A stretch of DNA of 52,402 nt from Verrucomicrobiales bacterium. GTDB lineage: Bacteria > Verrucomicrobiota > Verrucomicrobiia > Limisphaerales > UBA1100. Under the pieces are notes generated by a model. The model did not search any database. It was not told the origin of the DNA and worked only from the letters and a program-made list of their open reading frames with translations. Below are positions 49,701-52,402 of the stretch, piece by piece (position 1 is the first letter of the stretch; each line of letters starts with the position of its first letter). Location: NCBI GenBank assembly GCA_038139415.1, contig JAYOSV010000003.1, positions 1-52,402 on the forward strand, in the 5' to 3' direction. A program made the position numbers and the translations under genes.

Positions 49701-49849
49701 AACTTCGTGCTGTGGGCCTTGCGGGAGACGCAAAGTTGAACGACCTTATAGCAGGCCCCGCCGCTCAGGCTGTGGCTCGCGAGATGAAATCACGCACCCA
49801 AAAAGCGGGCTTTTTTGTTGAGCCCGATCTAGCCACCCCCCCAAACTAA
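46799..49849 (+). CDS. Large membrane protein (DUF4175-like): 3 TM helices, Ig-like domains, long helical region
   Basis: TAATG coupling to the upstream gene. RLLSAVEL, P.YA, D.VPTIEL..P, AEDDIGL, helical C-terminal half. Confidence 0.75.
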   Translation: MSSQLDPYIRTKLLAFRGRFRWLVFLRGVSCGLLALLGGVLILSLADWLIVMDDRTRYVLSGGMYFSALVITWLTCVRPLLRVLDERELAAMMEREEPALKSRLLSAVELAEEEREHESAQFRRQAQAEVVESLRAVVLERLLPTRLVQTWLIAVAVVILITGLMVAFDSGRTLMVRALMPMMNIDRVSRNSIVILTPEGGHTAVPENDEIEIRIQVRGPKLEEAPLLIAERADQPSQKAVFVPVNDLDAVGEYATTIAVESQDVDYRVHAGDAVSRRYTLVSRQRPQVLRYVKTYTLPDYAARPPETRSGDDGNLVGLIGTKVNLELELNQPVESVIMAQVTQSATNRIQFAPGNEPTRWSLNLELTENGAYKIHLATAEGLGNKSPVEYSIHAEPDLVPTIELTKPGPELTEAPEVILKLEGEAEDDIGLAKIEQMIKINDQDWEPTELQFGKPLSTNAVIAVEWDLLKIKVKPGDIVLTKLAAEDLKGSRTESRPVRLKLDSTLFEAHRIAALQEQRQWTTNLLAAAQKTLDFHQILPEELDDLVQPGNDAERRAKATEGLKALGMAQITWQQAAGNLPALIRKARPGREATGYSLVGRLGVQMESDWLERAQLHLRPMEGIVVDPRVVAHAKQLPDVMKSIESAATGMNTTVGAWLAADEAAVALDLLDYIQCAAESMHRVAKADRNTDPQVWTRLLRRQKSAGRELDVALDVLKKLGGRLPEAQAKIVQALHSDLTKIHSTLSEAQSVEAEPKAALLTEGERWTEAITGARDIFRPVVGELNKAALQARAKLEQSMSTTTATVDRVRGELQAVKQAEDNLTKAKDNGENVLTAQAALKVTEEQLALEWRIAPKLLRGRARMEESGKASNALFVSDTAQAAAALGAVKDGLEAGRDLREVEAQLKGIADALKTLEAAHELALLENALKNLANRERWEHLATDANSLRPRDWQWLARRLALSPEKLRAVGLAGDAKLNDLIAGPAAQAVAREMKSRTQKAGFFVEPDLATPPN

Positions 49850-49857
49850 CGAACGCC

Positions 49858-52402
49858 ATGAAACAAGGCATGTCTTACACTTTAGCCACCGCCACCCTGT
49901 TGGCCCTAGCCATCTCTGCCCAGGCTGAGCCCCCCCGCACTCTCGTGCCTGTGGCCGATCCTTTGGATCAACTGCAGGGCAACCTCAAGGAAGCCCGTAC
50001 CCAAGCCGCCGAAGATTTGGCCGCCGCCCGCAAAGCCCTTCAAGTCGCCGCCCCCAAACTTTCCGAGCGTCTGGGCAACCTCGCCGAAGCCGTCAAACGT
50101 TTGGAGGAACAAACCAACGAAATCACCGAGGCCGTAGCCAAGGATGCCCAGACCAATCCCGAGGAAACCAAGGAACTCCTCGCCGAACAGGAATCCATCA
50201 ATAACCGCCTTGAGCGCGTGAAAGAAGCCCTGCGCCGCGACGCCAATGCACAGGATGCCAGCCAGAAAGAAGGACGCGAACGTCAGCGCGATGCCGATGA
50301 CGCTGTGGCCATGCTGGAGAATCCCCCGCGCGACGCCGAGCAGTCACTGGAAGAGGCCGCCAAGGCCAAGGCTCCCGAAGATCAACAAGGCTCCCTCACC
50401 ACCGCTGCCCGGCATCAACGCGAACTCGCCGAAGCCCTCGAGCAACTCGCGGAGCACTACGAAAACGTCGAGAACGGTGAACCCGAAAAAACCCGCGCCG
50501 GCCTCCGCGCTCAGGAGGAAGCCCTCGGCATCAAGGAACAACTCGATGAACAATACGCCGCCTTGGAGCAGTTGATGGAGCTCGTCAACAAACCTCCCGC
50601 CGAAGCCCTCAAGGAACTCGAAGAGAAACTCAAGAACAACCCCGCCATGCAGGCCGAACTCGAGCGCATCGCCGAGGCCGCCCTCAAAGACGCCCAGCAA
50701 GACCTCGCCGACGCCGCGCAAAACCAGCAGCAACTCGCCGAAGCCCTCAAGCAACCGCTGCCCGAAGATCCCGATCCCATTCCCATGGCCCCCAAACCCG
50801 AGCAACTCGCCCAAGCCGCGCAGGCCATGGCGGAGGAAAAGATTCCCCAAATCGAGGAAGCCAACGAAGCCGCCGGCATCGAAATTCAAGAACCCCTCCA
50901 AGCCGCCCAGCAAGCCCTTCAGCAAGCCGCCCAACAAGGCAAGGCTCAGGACGCCGAACCCGAAGACATGGCTCAGTCCTTGAATCAAGCCGCCGAAAAA
51001 CTTGCCGAAGCCGCTCAGACGGCGCAGGAAGAAGCCGCCGCCGCCGATACCGACGAAGCCCGTCAAGCCGCCGCCCAAGCCGAAGCCGCCGCCCAGCAAG
51101 CCCAAGCCATGGCTGAAGCAGCCGAAAACGCAGAAGCAATCGAGCAGGCCGCCAAACAAGCCGAAGCCGAGCAATTCGCCCAAATGGCCCAAGCCATGGC
51201 CGAACAACAAATTCCCCAAATGGAAGCCCAAGCCAAGGCCGGCAAAGCCGAAGCCGCCCAACCCCTCGAAGCCGCCCAGCAGGCCCTCGAACAAGCCGCC
51301 CAACAAGGCCAGCAAGCCGCGAAGGCCCAGCAACCCGAACAAACCGATCAACGCATGGCCGACATGGCCGAGTCCCTCAAAGACGCCGCCCAACAACTCA
51401 ACCAAGCCGCCGAAGCCGCCGAACAAGCCGCGGCGCAAGCCGAGACACCCGAACAACAACAAGCTGCCCAAGCCGCCCAACAACAAGCCGAAGCCGCCGC
51501 CGAACAGGCCGCCCAAATGGCCCAACAAGCCGCCGACGGCGAAGCCCCCAACACCGAGCAGTCTCTGCAAATGGAAGAGCAAATGCGGGCGCAGAATGAT
51601 CAGCCCACTCGTAGCGAGGTGGCCGACGAACAGTTTAACGTGGCCGATGAAGTTAAGCAGGCCTCCAGCGAAATATCCCGTGCCGCCCGGCATCAGGAAC
51701 GCTTGAACAACGATCAGGCGCAGGATTTAAAAGAGGCAGGCGAGCAAGCCGGCCAAACCGCAGAACAACAGGCTGCTGTCGCCGAGCAAATCCAGAACAA
51801 ACCCGAAGAGCAGAAAGCTGCCCAACAAGATGCCGCCGAAGCAGCCGAACAACTTGAAGATCAGGGCGACCAATTGGAAAACGCCATGGAAGCTGCGGCA
51901 AATCCTGAGCCCAAAGACCCCGCCGCCATGGCCGAACGCGCCCGCGATTTGGCTAATAATACAGTGCCGAATTTGGAAAACAAAAACGAGCAGGCTCAAA
52001 CCGGAGCCGAACAGGAATTAAAACAAGCCAAGGAGAGCTTGGAGAAGGCCGCAGAAAAATCCGATGAAGCGGCCCAATTGCAGCAACAAGGCAAGCAGGA
52101 GGAAGCCGACGAAAAACTGGAGGAAGCCGCCGAGCAATTCGAAGGTGCGGCCGAGCAGTTTGAAAAAGCTGCGGAAAAAGCCGATCAAACCGCCAAAGAA
52201 AACGCCGGCAAACCAGAACAGGAAAAGGCCGCTCAGGATGTCCAAAAACAAGCCTCTGGGGCGTGCAAATCATGCCAATCATTGGGGGAAAACGCAAAAT
52301 CCGGCCAGTCCAACAAGTCCAGCAACAGTGGTAGCAAGCCCGGCCAAGAAGGTAGCAAACCCGGCCAAGAAGGTAGCAAGCCCGGCCAAGAAGGTAGCAA
52401 GC
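49858..52402 (+). CDS. Large exported Ala/Gln/Glu-rich alpha-helical repeat protein; 3' end outside the window (not in the ORF track)
   Basis: Translated by hand: MKQGMSYTLATATLLALAISAQA-EPPRTL...RERQRDADDA...QLAEHY...RAARHQERL...GACKSC...(GSKPGQE)n. No stop codon for >840 codons. Confidence 0.85.
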   Translation, partial: MKQGMSYTLATATLLALAISAQAEPPRTLVPVADPLDQLQGNLKEARTQAAEDLAAARKALQVAAPKLSERLGNLAEAVKRLEEQTNEITEAVAKDAQTNPEETKELLAEQESINNRLERVKEALRRDANAQDASQKEGRERQRDADDAVAMLENPPRDAEQSLEEAAKAKAPEDQQGSLTTAARHQRELAEALEQLAEHYENVENGEPEKTRAGLRAQEEALGIKEQLDEQYAALEQLMELVNKPPAEALKELEEKLKNNPAMQAELERIAEAALKDAQQDLADAAQNQQQLAEALKQPLPEDPDPIPMAPKPEQLAQAAQAMAEEKIPQIEEANEAAGIEIQEPLQAAQQALQQAAQQGKAQDAEPEDMAQSLNQAAEKLAEAAQTAQEEAAAADTDEARQAAAQAEAAAQQAQAMAEAAENAEAIEQAAKQAEAEQFAQMAQAMAEQQIPQMEAQAKAGKAEAAQPLEAAQQALEQAAQQGQQAAKAQQPEQTDQRMADMAESLKDAAQQLNQAAEAAEQAAAQAETPEQQQAAQAAQQQAEAAAEQAAQMAQQAADGEAPNTEQSLQMEEQMRAQNDQPTRSEVADEQFNVADEVKQASSEISRAARHQERLNNDQAQDLKEAGEQAGQTAEQQAAVAEQIQNKPEEQKAAQQDAAEAAEQLEDQGDQLENAMEAAANPEPKDPAAMAERARDLANNTVPNLENKNEQAQTGAEQELKQAKESLEKAAEKSDEAAQLQQQGKQEEADEKLEEAAEQFEGAAEQFEKAAEKADQTAKENAGKPEQEKAAQDVQKQASGACKSCQSLGENAKSGQSNKSSNSGSKPGQEGSKPGQEGSKPGQEGSK
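50797..52280 (+). repeat. Three degenerate ~120-aa coding repeats
   Basis: Units start at 50797 (PEQLAQAAQAMAEEKIPQ..PLQAAQQALQQAAQQG), 51166 (AEQFAQMAQAMAEQQIPQ..PLEAAQQALEQAAQQG) and, more diverged, 51919 (PAAMAERARDLANNTVPN..LKQAKESLEKAA). Confidence 0.7.
52330..52402 (+). repeat. 21-bp coding tandem repeat (GSKPGQE), at least 3.5 copies, cut by the window end
   Basis: GGTAGCAA(G/A)CCCGGCCAAGAA at 52330, 52351 and 52372, partial at 52393. Confidence 0.95.

Noticed and set aside
49806..49826. Terminator between the last two genes (CGGGCT...AGCCCG)
   Set aside because: The T-run lies in the loop rather than after the stem, and the hairpin is inside coding sequence.
50344..51706. Long ORFs 50344-51693(-) and 51002-51706(+)
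   Set aside because: These are shadow frames of the low-complexity 49858 gene; its biased codons make stops rare in other frames.
52330..52402. Possible CRISPR array
   Set aside because: The repeats are head-to-tail with no spacers, stay in frame within a CDS, and no cas genes are present.
1..52402. Mobile elements, prophage, defence systems, tRNA/rRNA
   Set aside because: I recognised no transposase, integrase, phage, nuclease or methylase motifs, terminal repeats or cloverleaf structures. A very diverged element could still be missed without profile searches.

Overview
Gene-dense, high-GC chromosomal segment. It most likely comes from a heterotrophic Verrucomicrobiota (PVC) bacterium; this is inferred from gene content and was not tested. 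I found no rRNA, tRNA, CRISPR array, transposase or integrase. From left to right the window holds: (i) the 3' end of a di-haem cytochrome c peroxidase, four exported Cys-type sulfatases, a LysR regulator, two acid-sugar dehydrogenases (one DenD-like), pepP, an exported TIM-barrel protein and a CE15 esterase; (ii) a minus-strand pair of a small exported protein resembling only the C-terminal core of a secretin and a MORN/Sel1 lipoprotein; (iii) an HtrA-like protease next to a catalytically degenerate paralogue; (iv) rhaEW and rhaB; (v) housekeeping blocks fabD-fabG-acpP-fabF-pdp, rpmH-rnpA-yidD-yidC-jag, an HDAC-family deacetylase and scpA-scpB-pheA-kdsD; (vi) a ~16.5 kb co-directional envelope locus of an FmdB zinc ribbon, an M16 peptidase pair, a zinc-ribbon-MoxR, DUF58, BatA-vWA, a second vWA protein, a large membrane protein and a large exported Ala/Gln/Glu-rich helical repeat protein that runs off the window inside a 21-bp tandem repeat. 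rpmH and the last gene are missing from the supplied ORF track. The strongest leads are the mini-secretin pair, the MoxR/vWA envelope system, the protease/pseudoprotease pair, many promoters implying leaderless mRNAs, and abrupt G/T versus C/A codon switching. All calls rest on motif recognition by eye; no searches were run.
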